Shown here: positions 27,407-37,135 of the stretch, piece after piece
Layout of the letters: every line of letters starts with the position of its first letter
Position numbering within the stretch: position 1 is the first letter of the stretch
Notes under the pieces: model-generated
Database searches by the model: none
What the model was told of the DNA's origin: nothing
Seen by the model: the letters and a program-made list of their open reading frames with translations, nothing else
Program-made: the position numbers and the translations under genes
Assembly (NCBI GenBank): GCA_009777415.1
Contig: WRLX01000002.1
Coordinates: 231-64,230, forward strand
Source: Oscillospiraceae bacterium
Lineage (GTDB): Bacteria; Bacillota; Clostridia; Oscillospirales; Ruminococcaceae
Reading direction: 5' to 3'
Length of the DNA: 64,000 nt

Positions 27407-28776
27407 TAGACAAGAATAAAGCCGGAACGGCAAAAATAGCGATGGTATCGCTTGGTTGCCCCAAAAATCAGTGTGATGCAGAACTAATGCTTGCCAAAAT
27501 TGCAAAAGCGGGTTATCGCCTTGTCGCCGAGCCGGGGTTGGCGGATGTTGTTATAATCAACACCTGCTGTTTTATCCAATCCGCTAAGGAGGAGGCGATT
27601 GAGGAAATTCTCGAGACAGCCTCCCGCAAAAATGACGGGATTAACAAGAAAATAATTGTTACCGGTTGCCTTTCGCAAAGGTATAAGCAACAAGTTGCGG
27701 ATGAATTTCCGGAAGTGGACGGGGTACTCGGTCTCGGCGGCAATGATAATATAGTCGAGGCAATTAACACGGTATTAACCGACAAAAAGCTCGCTTTATT
27801 CGGCGAAAACGACAATGGCATAAACCACAATATGGAGGGTGAACGCCTGCTTTCCACAATGCCGCATTATGCCTATATGCGGATTGCAGATGGTTGTGAC
27901 AATCGGTGTTCTTATTGTGCGATTCCGCTTTTCAGAGGGGGTTACCGCTCGCGTACGATTGAGAATATAGTCGAGGAGGCACGCGGGCTTGCCGAAAACG
28001 GAGTCCGTGAGCTTATTCTTGTGGCGCAGGATGTTACTAATTACGGTAAGGATTTGTACGGAAAAGTCGAGTTGAAAAAACTTTTAAAGAAGCTGACCGA
28101 AATCGACAAACTAAAATGGATTCGTCTGTTATACTGTTATCCACAGCGCATTACCGACGAGCTTATTGAAGTTATTAAATCCGAGCCGAAAATTGTCAAA
28201 TACCTCGACCTCCCCATTCAGCATTGTAACGATGAAATAATCAAGGCGATGAACAGAACGGGCGGGCGCAAGTCGCTTACCGAATTGATTAAAAAGCTGA
28301 GAAACGAGATTCCCGGAATAATCCTGAGGACAACCTTGATTACCGGATTCCCGGGGGAAACAGAGGAACAGTTCACCGAATTGGCGGAGTTTGCCCACGA
28401 AATGCGATTTGAACACCTCGGCTGTTTCGCTTACTCGGAAGAGGAGGGAACTGCCGCCGCTGAATTTCCCGACCAAATTGAGCAGTGTGAACGCGAACGG
28501 CGCAGTGAAATTATCGCCGAACAGCAGGATGTCCGCACAGGAGAATGGACTAACGGGTTAATCGGGCGGGAGTTTGAGGTGGTTGTTGAGGGGTTTGACA
28601 AATATGCCGAGTTATATTTCGGGCGAAGTTATATGCAAGCTCCCGAAATTGATTCAATGGTGTATTTCGCCTTAAATCCAAGAGAAACGGGCAATTCAAA
28701 GCCGAAAACGGGACAATTTGTGAACGTACAAATCACAGAGGTTGTCGATAATAACTTAATAGGAGAAATAGTGTGA
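27403..28776 (+). CDS. rimO: Ribosomal protein S12 methylthiotransferase
   Basis: [25 protein letters not shown] radical SAM motif, TRAM domain with APEID. Confidence 0.95.
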   Translation: MIDKNKAGTAKIAMVSLGCPKNQCDAELMLAKIAKAGYRLVAEPGLADVVIINTCCFIQSAKEEAIEEILETASRKNDGINKKIIVTGCLSQRYKQQVADEFPEVDGVLGLGGNDNIVEAINTVLTDKKLALFGENDNGINHNMEGERLLSTMPHYAYMRIADGCDNRCSYCAIPLFRGGYRSRTIENIVEEARGLAENGVRELILVAQDVTNYGKDLYGKVELKKLLKKLTEIDKLKWIRLLYCYPQRITDELIEVIKSEPKIVKYLDLPIQHCNDEIIKAMNRTGGRKSLTELIKKLRNEIPGIILRTTLITGFPGETEEQFTELAEFAHEMRFEHLGCFAYSEEEGTAAAEFPDQIEQCERERRSEIIAEQQDVRTGEWTNGLIGREFEVVVEGFDKYAELYFGRSYMQAPEIDSMVYFALNPRETGNSKPKTGQFVNVQITEVVDNNLIGEIV

Positions 28777-29447
28777 AAAAACTTATGGCAATGGCCGATG
28801 CTGTTAATTCGCTAAAATCGCTGAATTTGGCAAACAAACTGACTATATTGCGAATCTTACTTACGCCGCTGTTTGTCATCGCGCTGATAACCGACGGGAT
28901 TCCGCATAACCTCTTAGTTGCTTTAATAATCTTTGCGGCGGCAAGTATCACCGATTTTTTTGATGGATACATTGCGAGGACACGCATGATGGTGACAAAA
29001 CTCGGCAAGTTTCTTGACCCCATTGCCGACAAGATTCTTGTTATGAGTGCGCTGGTTTGTTTTGCGGGAATGCAGCCTCGCCCTTGGATAAGCGCGTGGA
29101 CTGTTGTGGTAATCCTTGCGCGTGACTTTGTTGTGTCGGCGGTAAGGCTTGCGGCAGTTGAGAGCGAAGAAAAAATTGTAATCCCTGCGCGAACATCGGG
29201 AAAAGTCAAGACTGTTATTACAATGGTTACGATTTGCACAATTTTGTTTTTGTGGATATTAGAGAGTTACGGTATAATTACCTATGAGGTTGAGTTTGCA
29301 ATGACTGTTATAAACAGCCCCGACCGATTGCTCGTGCCGATTGGAAACGCTTTTATGTACATTTGCGTTGCACTTACGGTATTTTCGGGGGTACAGTATT
29401 TATGGGATGCCCGCGATATACTGCGGAAGGTTTCCGAGAACAGTTGA
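28773..29447 (+). CDS. pgsA: CDP-diacylglycerol-glycerol-3-phosphate phosphatidyltransferase
   Basis: TDFFDGYIAR...GKFLDPIADK. Confidence 0.93.
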   Translation: MKKLMAMADAVNSLKSLNLANKLTILRILLTPLFVIALITDGIPHNLLVALIIFAAASITDFFDGYIARTRMMVTKLGKFLDPIADKILVMSALVCFAGMQPRPWISAWTVVVILARDFVVSAVRLAAVESEEKIVIPARTSGKVKTVITMVTICTILFLWILESYGIITYEVEFAMTVINSPDRLLVPIGNAFMYICVALTVFSGVQYLWDARDILRKVSENS

Positions 29448-29448
29448 T

Positions 29449-29588
29449 TGTGTAAATACGGAAAACGAAACTTAAAAAGCATACTTGCTTAGAAAGGAAA
29501 AGGGTAAAAACCTGTAAAGAAAATCTGCGTAAATGCGGAAAACGAAGCTTAAAAAGCATACCTGATTAGAAAGGAAAAGGGTAAAAGA
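29449..29588 (+). repeat. Family A array (~1.7 units, period 77)
   Basis: AGAAAGGAAAAGGGTAAAA at 29491 and 29568; core AAATCTGCGTAAATGCGGAAAACGAA. Confidence 0.92.
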
Positions 29589-30806
29589 ATGAGTCATTAT
29601 TGTACACAATGCGGAGCTAAGGTAGCCAACGACGATGCTTTATTTTGCCATAAATGCGGCGCGGCACTTGCACACGCTTTTTTGGACAAGCCCGACAACA
29701 CGGAAGAAGCGGACTCTCCGGCATTTGCCGAACCTGTTGCGGAGGGAGTTGATGATGTTGAGGAAGTTGCGGAGTGCGTGTCCGAACGGGAATTGTTTGA
29801 AACAGAACCGATTGAGGAAGATGTAATTGCGACGAAGCCCCAAAAGAGGATTCGCCCCGCATCTGTTTTGTCGGTAGCGGCGCAGGTATTGCTTTCGATT
29901 GTATTTTTTGCGGTGGTGACTGCGGGGCAATCATGGTTCGTTTTGCAAAAAGGAATAAATAATCACACGGTTAAGACTGCGGCGCGTGCTGTAGTAGACG
30001 AGGTTGACTTTTCGGAAATAACCGTCCCGGGTTTTGTAAATGACAACGATGTTTCAATCCCGGGGGTTTCGGCGAGGACCGCCTTGCCTGAAGCAATATA
30101 TAACACAATTGATGATTATTACCGCGAAGTCTTCGGCGTTGAAAAAGACCATATAAGGGAACTTCTCGAAAGCGATATGTTCAGAAGTTTTTTCGGGAAA
30201 ATTATAGATGACGGCGTTGATTACATTATGGGAGCAGACGATGCGAACGTGATTGTCTCTTCCGACAAAATAGTCGAGCTTATCGAAGAGAACAAAGACG
30301 AAATTGAGGGAATTACCTCTTATTCCCTTGTTGAATCTGACTTTGATGACATAAAAAAAGTCCTCAAAAACTCGGGGATTGATAATCTTACATGGGATTC
30401 GGCAACAGGAAGCACTCACGATGCGTATTTGATTAGGCGGGCATTTTCCCTGCTTGAGCGTCATTCATTGCTGTCGATTATTGTTATAAGTGTCGCCGCA
30501 GTTTTGCTTATTGCCGTATTCGCCGTTTTAAACCGCCGCCGAATTTCAAATACTTTGCTTTATTTTGGGATTCCTTGCATCTTTTCGGGCGGGGCTTTTG
30601 TGGCGGGCTGGCTAATAGGCGCGGACTTGTTGTTCCGGTGGGCAACGCGCGAACTCGGAATAGGCACACAGCAGATAAACGCAGTAAGGGATGCTTTTTC
30701 GGGGACGGGTGAGGTTATAATGTATTCGGGTTTTGCCGTGCTTGGAATCGGGGGGGCAGCAATTACCGTAAAGGCTCTTACCTCTTTTTCTCGATTCTCT
30801 CGATAA
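29589..30806 (+). CDS. Zinc-ribbon membrane protein, unknown function
   Basis: N-terminal CTQCG...FCHKCG; about 4 hydrophobic segments. Confidence 0.75.
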   Translation: MSHYCTQCGAKVANDDALFCHKCGAALAHAFLDKPDNTEEADSPAFAEPVAEGVDDVEEVAECVSERELFETEPIEEDVIATKPQKRIRPASVLSVAAQVLLSIVFFAVVTAGQSWFVLQKGINNHTVKTAARAVVDEVDFSEITVPGFVNDNDVSIPGVSARTALPEAIYNTIDDYYREVFGVEKDHIRELLESDMFRSFFGKIIDDGVDYIMGADDANVIVSSDKIVELIEENKDEIEGITSYSLVESDFDDIKKVLKNSGIDNLTWDSATGSTHDAYLIRRAFSLLERHSLLSIIVISVAAVLLIAVFAVLNRRRISNTLLYFGIPCIFSGGAFVAGWLIGADLLFRWATRELGIGTQQINAVRDAFSGTGEVIMYSGFAVLGIGGAAITVKALTSFSRFSR

Positions 30807-31632
30807 TGTGTTCCCATTCGGGGAAATCGTTGCGGATTCTGTTTCGGCATTTTTTGCAAAACCTTTCCAGCTCTGTGGGATTGTTTTGCATGAATTGTTT
30901 TGCCCCCCATGTATGGGTGTAGCGTTTTTGCGGCAAAGAAAGCTGATTGTATTCGAGAATTGCCTTGACTTTAATCCCTTTGTGTTCGGCAAGCACTGCG
31001 AGCAGCCTTTGTTCCGCATAGACCATATACGTAAGATAATCATCGCAAGGCAATGCCGATTTCATAAATTCCATAGAACATCCGATGTAGTATTGCTTAA
31101 ATTCATTGTCGTTCATGTATAAAAACGCAGTGTTCAGCGGTTGCACAGTGAAATTTAACGCGGTATCAAATGAGTAATCCGGCGTTGTTTTAAAATGCGA
31201 TATATCGGGATAGTTTCTCGGCGACAGCGGTTCTCTGTGTGCGGCAACTATGCAGCTTGCCTCTGACATCCCCGGCAATTCGGGAAGTTGCCACGCGATA
31301 AAATCGGTGTCCAACATTAAAACGGGGCAATCGGTTTCGCGAAGCGCGAACAATTTCCCCGCCGCCCAAAACATTTTCGGGTTGATTCCGTCTAAATCGG
31401 TCGGGATAGTGATTACCATCTCGTTCCACAAGTCGGACAACCCCATTTTGCAAAAGTATTCCGCGCCGCCCGTGTCACAGTGCATGATTGTAGTGTTCCC
31501 CGCCCGCCTTCTGACAAGCGATGAAATGGCAGCGGTATAAAGCTCAAAACGCTCCATTGAAAATCGCCCGTTCGGATTTTTAGCAAAATAAGGGAGCGTG
31601 GACAACGAGTACATTACAGTAAGCCCTTCCAT
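30778..31632 (-). CDS. DUF6734-like protein (GT-A glycosyltransferase-like, DxD motif)
   Basis: FWAAGKLFAL...PVLMLDTDFI...LNTAF...YAEQRLL...THTWG; family recalled from motifs; start follows the repeat box. Confidence 0.65.
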   Translation of the reverse strand: MEGLTVMYSLSTLPYFAKNPNGRFSMERFELYTAAISSLVRRRAGNTTIMHCDTGGAEYFCKMGLSDLWNEMVITIPTDLDGINPKMFWAAGKLFALRETDCPVLMLDTDFIAWQLPELPGMSEASCIVAAHREPLSPRNYPDISHFKTTPDYSFDTALNFTVQPLNTAFLYMNDNEFKQYYIGCSMEFMKSALPCDDYLTYMVYAEQRLLAVLAEHKGIKVKAILEYNQLSLPQKRYTHTWGAKQFMQNNPTELERFCKKCRNRIRNDFPEWEHIIERIEKKR

Positions 31633-31732
31633 TCTTTTTACCCTTGCCCTTTCTGCACAAATGTGCCGTTGAAAGCTTCGTTTTCCGCATTTACGCAGAT
31701 TTACTTTCAAACTTTTTACCTTTGCCCTTTCT
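31633..31732 (-). repeat. Family A unit (box-core-box, period 78)
   Basis: Reverse complement is nearly identical to the rplF copy. Confidence 0.95.
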
Positions 31733-31767
31733 TCATAAAAATAAAGTGTTAAAACAAAAATAAAGTG

Positions 31768-32049
31768 TCAAACTAAATCAATTCCGTAACCGTAATAATT
31801 AAGCGGCTCTCTTAGTGGCGGGTGGTTTAAAATTGCCGATTGTTGTTCATGTGAACCAAAATATGGCTCGAATGAACCCATGTTATATGAACCCGGGTAC
31901 GAACCCATATAATATGAGCCGTACAAGTTAAACGAGCCGTTAAAGCTTAACCCGAACAAGCCCGACTGAAAATCACAATTCAGCGGTTCGGTATTTCCTG
32001 CTTTTTCATGCATCAAATCAATGTAATCTAACCAATGATAACTGTTCAT
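31768..32049 (-). CDS. Small GS[YF]-repeat peptide ending GYGIDLV
   Basis: GSF-GSY-GSY-GSY-GSF-GSH repeats; preceded by a repeat box with SD. Confidence 0.75.
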   Translation of the reverse strand: MNSYHWLDYIDLMHEKAGNTEPLNCDFQSGLFGLSFNGSFNLYGSYYMGSYPGSYNMGSFEPYFGSHEQQSAILNHPPLREPLNYYGYGIDLV

Positions 32050-32056
32050 TTTTAAA

Positions 32057-32304
32057 CTTTTTACCCATGCCCTTTCTGTATGAATGTGTTAAGAAATCTT
32101 CGTTTTCCGCATTTCCGCAGATTTATTTTCAGGCTTTTTACCCATGCCCTTTCTGTATAAATGCGTTAAGAAATCTTCGTTTTCCGCATTTCCGCAGATT
32201 TATTTTCAGGCTTTTTACCCATGCCCTTTCTGTATAAATGCGTTAAGAAATCTTCGTTTTCCGCATTTCCTCAGATTTATTCTCAGGCTTTTTACCCATG
32301 CCCT
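32057..32304 (-). repeat. Family A array (3 cores, 4 boxes, period 77)
   Basis: TTACCCATGCCC on + at 32061, 32138, 32215, 32292. Confidence 0.96.
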
Positions 32305-32312
32305 ATTCGGGA

Positions 32313-33407
32313 TTAGAAGCCTTTTGATAGCTCTTTAAACTTCATGGAGGCTTTGTCGTTAGAAACTGCTCTGTAAACTGCCGAATTAAAAAGCAGAAGC
32401 AGTTTAAGCAATCCGAGCGGAAAACTTTCCCGTAAATCGAGTATGTTGTCCTCGCTTGCGTGTAAGACTTTTTGGTAGTTTTCAATAATATACGAAACTT
32501 CCTTAATTTCATCAGGGGGGCAACCCATGCGTGTCATTATGCGGACTGCGTAAATCCTTGCGCGTTCGGCGTGTCCGTAGTAAAACTCCTGCCCCGAGGG
32601 AGTTTTTGAATAACAGTCCGGCTTGCCCAACTCATGGAACAGCAACGCATAACGCAGACTTAAAATCGGAGCAGAGCAACTGACGCACTTAAAAGTGTGT
32701 TTGGCGGAATACGGCGGACGCAACAACATTTGCAATTCAGGGATAATTGCGGTAAAGACATCGCTGTACTCTGCCAAAACTGCACCCGCGTTTCGTTCGA
32801 TAAGCACGTTTTTCAAGTTTTTTGCATCTTGGCTTTCCGCAGAGTAGGCAGGACGTGCCATATCACGAATATTGTTCTTAATCAGCCGCTTTGCCGTATC
32901 GCTTATGGTAAACTCGCCGCTTGACTGCCATGCCAACGCCGGAAGAATATCGTGGTAATTAAAGCTGCGATTTTTCCCGATTATAAAGTTTAGTCTGCCG
33001 CTGTTCAAGTCATCTAACCCGTTGAACGGGTCAAACACGGCTTTATCGGCTTTAGGGCTGTACGCGATTCCGTCAAAGGTGAATGCGTGTTCGTTTGCAA
33101 GCTCGGATTCAAGCTCGGCAAAGCTCGTTATGCTAACCGCTACTCCCAGTATAGTCACGATTAGCTCACCTTTGTCCAGATTGTCCTCCATACAGTTATA
33201 GCCATCGAAAATCGCGCAAATCCGCGGCATTTCCGCATTAGTCATTACATCAAAGTCAAATGCTTTTATCTCGTCAAGATGAGTTTGCCCCTTTATCAGC
33301 ACTCGTACACATTCACCGTGAATATATGATTCATAACCATGCTCACTTAGCCTGTCTAATATTTCATTAACCTGTTTCGGCAAATTGAGGTTCATCGGCT
33401 TCTCCAT
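32313..33407 (-). CDS. Degenerate tRNA nucleotidyltransferase / poly(A) polymerase-HD family protein
   Basis: YIHGECVRV..DFDVMTNA, DPFNGLDDL, IIPEL, LLFHELGKP, FYYGH; start uncertain (33407 or 33395). Confidence 0.7.
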   Translation of the reverse strand: MEKPMNLNLPKQVNEILDRLSEHGYESYIHGECVRVLIKGQTHLDEIKAFDFDVMTNAEMPRICAIFDGYNCMEDNLDKGELIVTILGVAVSITSFAELESELANEHAFTFDGIAYSPKADKAVFDPFNGLDDLNSGRLNFIIGKNRSFNYHDILPALAWQSSGEFTISDTAKRLIKNNIRDMARPAYSAESQDAKNLKNVLIERNAGAVLAEYSDVFTAIIPELQMLLRPPYSAKHTFKCVSCSAPILSLRYALLFHELGKPDCYSKTPSGQEFYYGHAERARIYAVRIMTRMGCPPDEIKEVSYIIENYQKVLHASEDNILDLRESFPLGLLKLLLLFNSAVYRAVSNDKASMKFKELSKGF

Positions 33408-33543
33408 ATTTTTTTGTATAGCAGACCTCCGCAAAAATACGCTCGTGTTTAGTTTTCGCGGAGGTCTATTATATACTATATCACGCTTTCAAATAAATTT
33501 CAACATATTTTCTGTAAAAAATAAGAAAATTAAAAAATCGCTT

Positions 33544-34074
33544 CTAACAGTTCATTCCAAGCTCAATCGCTTTGACATTAGCTTCAAGCAAATCAGCTTT
33601 TTTTGCCGATACCGACTCCTCAATAGCTTTCCTTACCGTTGCCATATCTGAAACACCGGATTCCTTAATCATCTTGCCGAGCATGACGATAATCCCGAAA
33701 TTGGTTGACAAGTCGTTTTCTGTGGCAAGTCTTGTTGCGGGAACGTAATGGCAGGTAATGTCGTCACTGTCGTACTTTTGGTCAATGATAGAGCAGTCAA
33801 TATATGCCGTGCCGCCTTTTTTGACAGCGGGGACAAACTTGTCAAAGCTCGGCCCGTTCATGCAAATAAGGGTTTTAGGGTGGTGGACTACAGGCGAGCC
33901 TATCAGCGAATCGCTTATACACACCGAGCAGTTGCAGACCCCGCCGCGCATTGCCGGCCCGTAAGAAGGCATCCATGTAACCTGTTTACCGCTGACTAAT
34001 CCTATGTTGGCGAGAAGTTTCCCTGTAAACAATACCCCCTGCCCGCCAAATCCCGCAATTAAATAATCTCTCAT
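33544..34074 (-). CDS. 2-oxoacid:ferredoxin oxidoreductase gamma subunit
   Basis: AGFGGQGVL...PSYGPAMRGG. Confidence 0.92.
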   Translation of the reverse strand: MRDYLIAGFGGQGVLFTGKLLANIGLVSGKQVTWMPSYGPAMRGGVCNCSVCISDSLIGSPVVHHPKTLICMNGPSFDKFVPAVKKGGTAYIDCSIIDQKYDSDDITCHYVPATRLATENDLSTNFGIIVMLGKMIKESGVSDMATVRKAIEESVSAKKADLLEANVKAIELGMNC

Positions 34075-34823
34075 CTTTGTGTGACCCCTTTCTCGGCATC
34101 CTTATAGACCCCCAACGGGTAATACGGCACCATATTTTCTTTAATCCATTTGAGGGAATCGGGCGGAGTCATTGCCCAGTTAGTCGGGCAGTTTGAAAGA
34201 AGCTCGACTATTGAAAACCCTTTGCCTTCCATTTGGATTTCAAAAGCTTTCTTAATAGCTTTTTTTGCGGCATTGATATGCTTAACATCGTGGAGCGAGA
34301 CACGCTCGGCATACGCAACTCCGTCAAGGGTTGACAACAGTTCGCATATACGAATCGGGAAACCTACCTTATCGGTATCTCTTCCGAAAGGCGATGTTTG
34401 TGTTTTTTGCCCCGGAAGAGTAGTCGGCGCCATTTGCCCGCCTGTCATTCCGTATATTGTGTTGTTTACAAAAATAGTAGTGATATTCTCGCCCCTTGCG
34501 GCGGCGTGTACAACCTCCCCGGTTCCGATTGCCGCCAAGTCCCCGTCACCTTGATAGGTGAAGACAAGCCTGTCGGGTTTTGCTCTTTTAATTCCCGTTG
34601 CCGCAGCGGGAGCGCGCCCATGTGACGCTTGCACTCCGTCAAATTTGACGTATTGATAGCCCAACACGGCACAGCCCACCGGGAACACGCCTACTGTGTT
34701 GCCCTCAATATCCATTTCGTCAATAACTTCTGCAATTAACCTGTGGATAACTCCGTGAGTACATCCGGGGCAATAGTGAGTCTGCTTATCTTCTAAAGCT
34801 TTTGCTCTTGTGAATTTCGGCAT
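34071..34823 (-). CDS. 2-oxoacid:ferredoxin oxidoreductase beta (TPP-binding) subunit
   Basis: YCPGCTHG, HGRAPA, YQGDGD, NNTIYGMTGGQ. Confidence 0.93.
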   Translation of the reverse strand: MPKFTRAKALEDKQTHYCPGCTHGVIHRLIAEVIDEMDIEGNTVGVFPVGCAVLGYQYVKFDGVQASHGRAPAAATGIKRAKPDRLVFTYQGDGDLAAIGTGEVVHAAARGENITTIFVNNTIYGMTGGQMAPTTLPGQKTQTSPFGRDTDKVGFPIRICELLSTLDGVAYAERVSLHDVKHINAAKKAIKKAFEIQMEGKGFSIVELLSNCPTNWAMTPPDSLKWIKENMVPYYPLGVYKDAEKGVTQR

Positions 34824-34976
34824 TATTTTACCCATGACCTTTCTGCACAAACGTGCCATAAAGTTTTATTTTCCCATTTACGTAGATTTATTTTCAAACT
34901 TTTACCCATGACCTTTCTGCACAAACGTGCCATAAAATTTCATTTTCCCATTTACGTAGATTTGTTTTCAAACTTT
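34824..34976 (-). repeat. Family A array (2 units, period 74); 5' end overlaps the upstream stop codon
   Basis: Fills the whole alpha-beta intergenic space; AAAGTTTGA reads K-V-stop of the alpha gene. Confidence 0.93.
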
Positions 34977-36023
34977 CATCCCCCTTATCTTTTCAAGTAT
35001 TTCTTCGGGTCCCGGTACAAATCCGCCTTGTCTTCCGTAAAACTCTATGGGTAATTTGTATTCGAGAGCCATTTTTACATCGTCTATCATCTGCCCCATT
35101 GACATTTCAACAACAAGGACTTTTTTTGCGACTTTGCAGGCTTCGCGAAGTGCCTTCTCGGGGAACGGCGACACTGTAATCGGGCGGAAAGTTCCGACTT
35201 TTATTCCCTCTGACCGCGCCATTTCCATCGCAGACTGTACAACTCTCGATGCAGAGCCGTATGCCGCAACGACTATATCCGCATCATCGCAGTTTACAGC
35301 TTCCGCACGAGTGTGGTTCTCTTTAAACTTTTCAAATCGGGCGAACCTTTTATTGACACTTTCCTCCAATTCCTCCGAGTAAAGCCTGAGCGATGTGATT
35401 TCATTTTTTTCGCGTTTCCCCATATGCCCGTCCGCCGCCCAAGAGAAGGATTTGCCGGGTTTTTCGGAGTTGTCGTCGCCGAAACTGACCGGTTCCATCA
35501 TCTGACCGAGCAATCCGTCGGCGAGAATAATTACGGGGGTGAGATATTCCTCCGCCAGTTCAAACGCCTCGGTAGTCATGTCAACCATTTCCTGCACCGA
35601 ATACGGCGCGAAAACGGGTAATCGCAAGTCACCGTGACCCATTGCGCGTGTGCTTTGATAATAGTCTGCCTGTGACGGCTGAATAGTCCCCAACCCGGGA
35701 CCTCCCCGCTGAACACTTACGATAACAGCGGGCAAGTCCGCCCCCGCTATGTAAGAGATTCCCTCCGTCTTGAGCGAAATTCCGGGCGATGACGACGAAG
35801 TCATACAACGTGTTCCCGTAGCGGCACACCCGTAAATCATGTTAATCGCGCCGATTTCGGATTCCGCTTGTAAAAACACTCCGCCCCTCTTATGGATTCT
35901 TGCCGACATATATGCCCCCACCTCGTTTTGCGGAGTAATCGGGTAGCCGAAATAGCATTTACAGCCCGCGCGGATTGCCGCCTCCGCAACTGCCTCATTG
36001 CCTTTCATTAAAGTTTTCTTCAT
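34968..36023 (-). CDS. 2-oxoacid:ferredoxin oxidoreductase alpha subunit (VorB-like)
   Basis: MKGNEA, GYPITPQ, QAESE, TSSSSPGISLK, QRGGPGLG. Confidence 0.93.
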   Translation of the reverse strand: MKKTLMKGNEAVAEAAIRAGCKCYFGYPITPQNEVGAYMSARIHKRGGVFLQAESEIGAINMIYGCAATGTRCMTSSSSPGISLKTEGISYIAGADLPAVIVSVQRGGPGLGTIQPSQADYYQSTRAMGHGDLRLPVFAPYSVQEMVDMTTEAFELAEEYLTPVIILADGLLGQMMEPVSFGDDNSEKPGKSFSWAADGHMGKREKNEITSLRLYSEELEESVNKRFARFEKFKENHTRAEAVNCDDADIVVAAYGSASRVVQSAMEMARSEGIKVGTFRPITVSPFPEKALREACKVAKKVLVVEMSMGQMIDDVKMALEYKLPIEFYGRQGGFVPGPEEILEKIRGMKV

Positions 36024-36075
36024 TATTTTACCCTTGTCCTTTCTGCACAAATGTGCTAAAAAATTTCATTTTCCT
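36024..36075 (-). repeat. Partial family A unit
   Basis: GGAAAATGAAA...GCACATTTGTGCAGAAAGGACAAGGGTAAAATA then ATG. Confidence 0.85.
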
Positions 36076-36095
36076 ACATAATAAATAATAAATCG

Positions 36096-36296
36096 TCAAG
36101 CTATCTCAATAGCACAATCGGGACATATTACGGCACAAAGCGCGCAACTTAAGCAAGCATCTTGGTCTTTACACTCCGCAGTGAAATAACCGCTTTTGTT
36201 CAGCCGTTCTGACTGCATCTCAATGATTCCTTTGGGACACACGTTAATGCACAGTGTACAGCCTTTACAGCGTTCAAAGTTAAGATTAAATTTCAT
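36096..36296 (-). CDS. Ferredoxin-like delta subunit
   Basis: CKGCTLCINVCP and CLSCALCAVICPD. Confidence 0.93.
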   Translation of the reverse strand: MKFNLNFERCKGCTLCINVCPKGIIEMQSERLNKSGYFTAECKDQDACLSCALCAVICPDCAIEIA

Positions 36297-36329
36297 TCCT
36301 CGATATTTCCTTTCTAAAAAATTATCTTT

Positions 36330-36971
36330 TTATAGTTCCCATATAGGTTTGACATAGACTTTTACGGGAAATTCCAACAGAGGAAGACCCGTGAGCCTTG
36401 AAACCTCCTCCGCAAAGGGGATTGACTCTTCGATTACCTCTTTTGTTGTTTCTTTCCCTAAGTGAGAGTTGTTAAAAAGCTTTGTAACTCTCAATCCGCC
36501 CGATGATTTTTCAATTTCCCTCATTAAAGCCACAGCTTGTCCGGCAGTCTCGGTTAGATAACGGCGGCAATTAATAACGTAAATCATTTCGTAGTCAAAT
36601 TGTCGGATAATCGGCGAAAATCTTCCCAACACCCTTGCGCCTTCGGGGTCGCCGCCTACATCTATAATAAGCCGCTCACTTTGGCTCAGTGCGGCACGCA
36701 TATCAAGGTTTAACGCAGGGACATCAAGACTCCCGTTCGCGAAATCGGAAACAGCGAGCCTTATTCCCGAATCGGCAAACAGCTTTTTGAAGTCGGCAGT
36801 CCTGAAATAAGGGTTGACTATATCAAGGTCGGCAATAGTGATTAAATCATCGCGGGCATTCTCCTTTAAATAAAGAGCCAAATTAACGGCGAAATTTGTC
36901 TTCCCCGCACCGTAATGTCCCGTGACAATCGTGAGCCTTGAATTGCTCACAGTTTCGTTTTTAATATACAT
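36330..36971 (-). CDS. P-loop ATPase (MinD/ParA-like) associated with vor operons
   Basis: GHYGAGKT, DLDIVNPYFR, DVGGD. Confidence 0.8.
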   Translation of the reverse strand: MYIKNETVSNSRLTIVTGHYGAGKTNFAVNLALYLKENARDDLITIADLDIVNPYFRTADFKKLFADSGIRLAVSDFANGSLDVPALNLDMRAALSQSERLIIDVGGDPEGARVLGRFSPIIRQFDYEMIYVINCRRYLTETAGQAVALMREIEKSSGGLRVTKLFNNSHLGKETTKEVIEESIPFAEEVSRLTGLPLLEFPVKVYVKPIWEL

Positions 36972-36977
36972 TTATTT

Positions 36978-37006
36978 ATTATAGCGCAAAATTGTTTATT
37001 TGTCAA
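36978..37006 (-). promoter_or_regulatory. sigma-A promoter, probably leaderless transcript
   Basis: TTGACA-17-TATAAT, ATG 6 nt downstream. Confidence 0.75.
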
Positions 37007-37135
37007 CAAAAAAATTTTTACACAAAATATAAAAAAGTATTGAAATGTTAAATAAATTATGTTATAATGTACATAATTTACATAAATTATTTAAATGTAT
37101 GTTATAACATACCAAAATTTAGGAGGATACTCACC

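Noticed and set aside
33423-33467. AGACCTCC...GGAGGTCT hairpin resembling the one at 22539 as another repeat family
   Set aside because: Only the 8-bp stem ends are shared; both are adequately explained as terminator or SD-containing hairpins.
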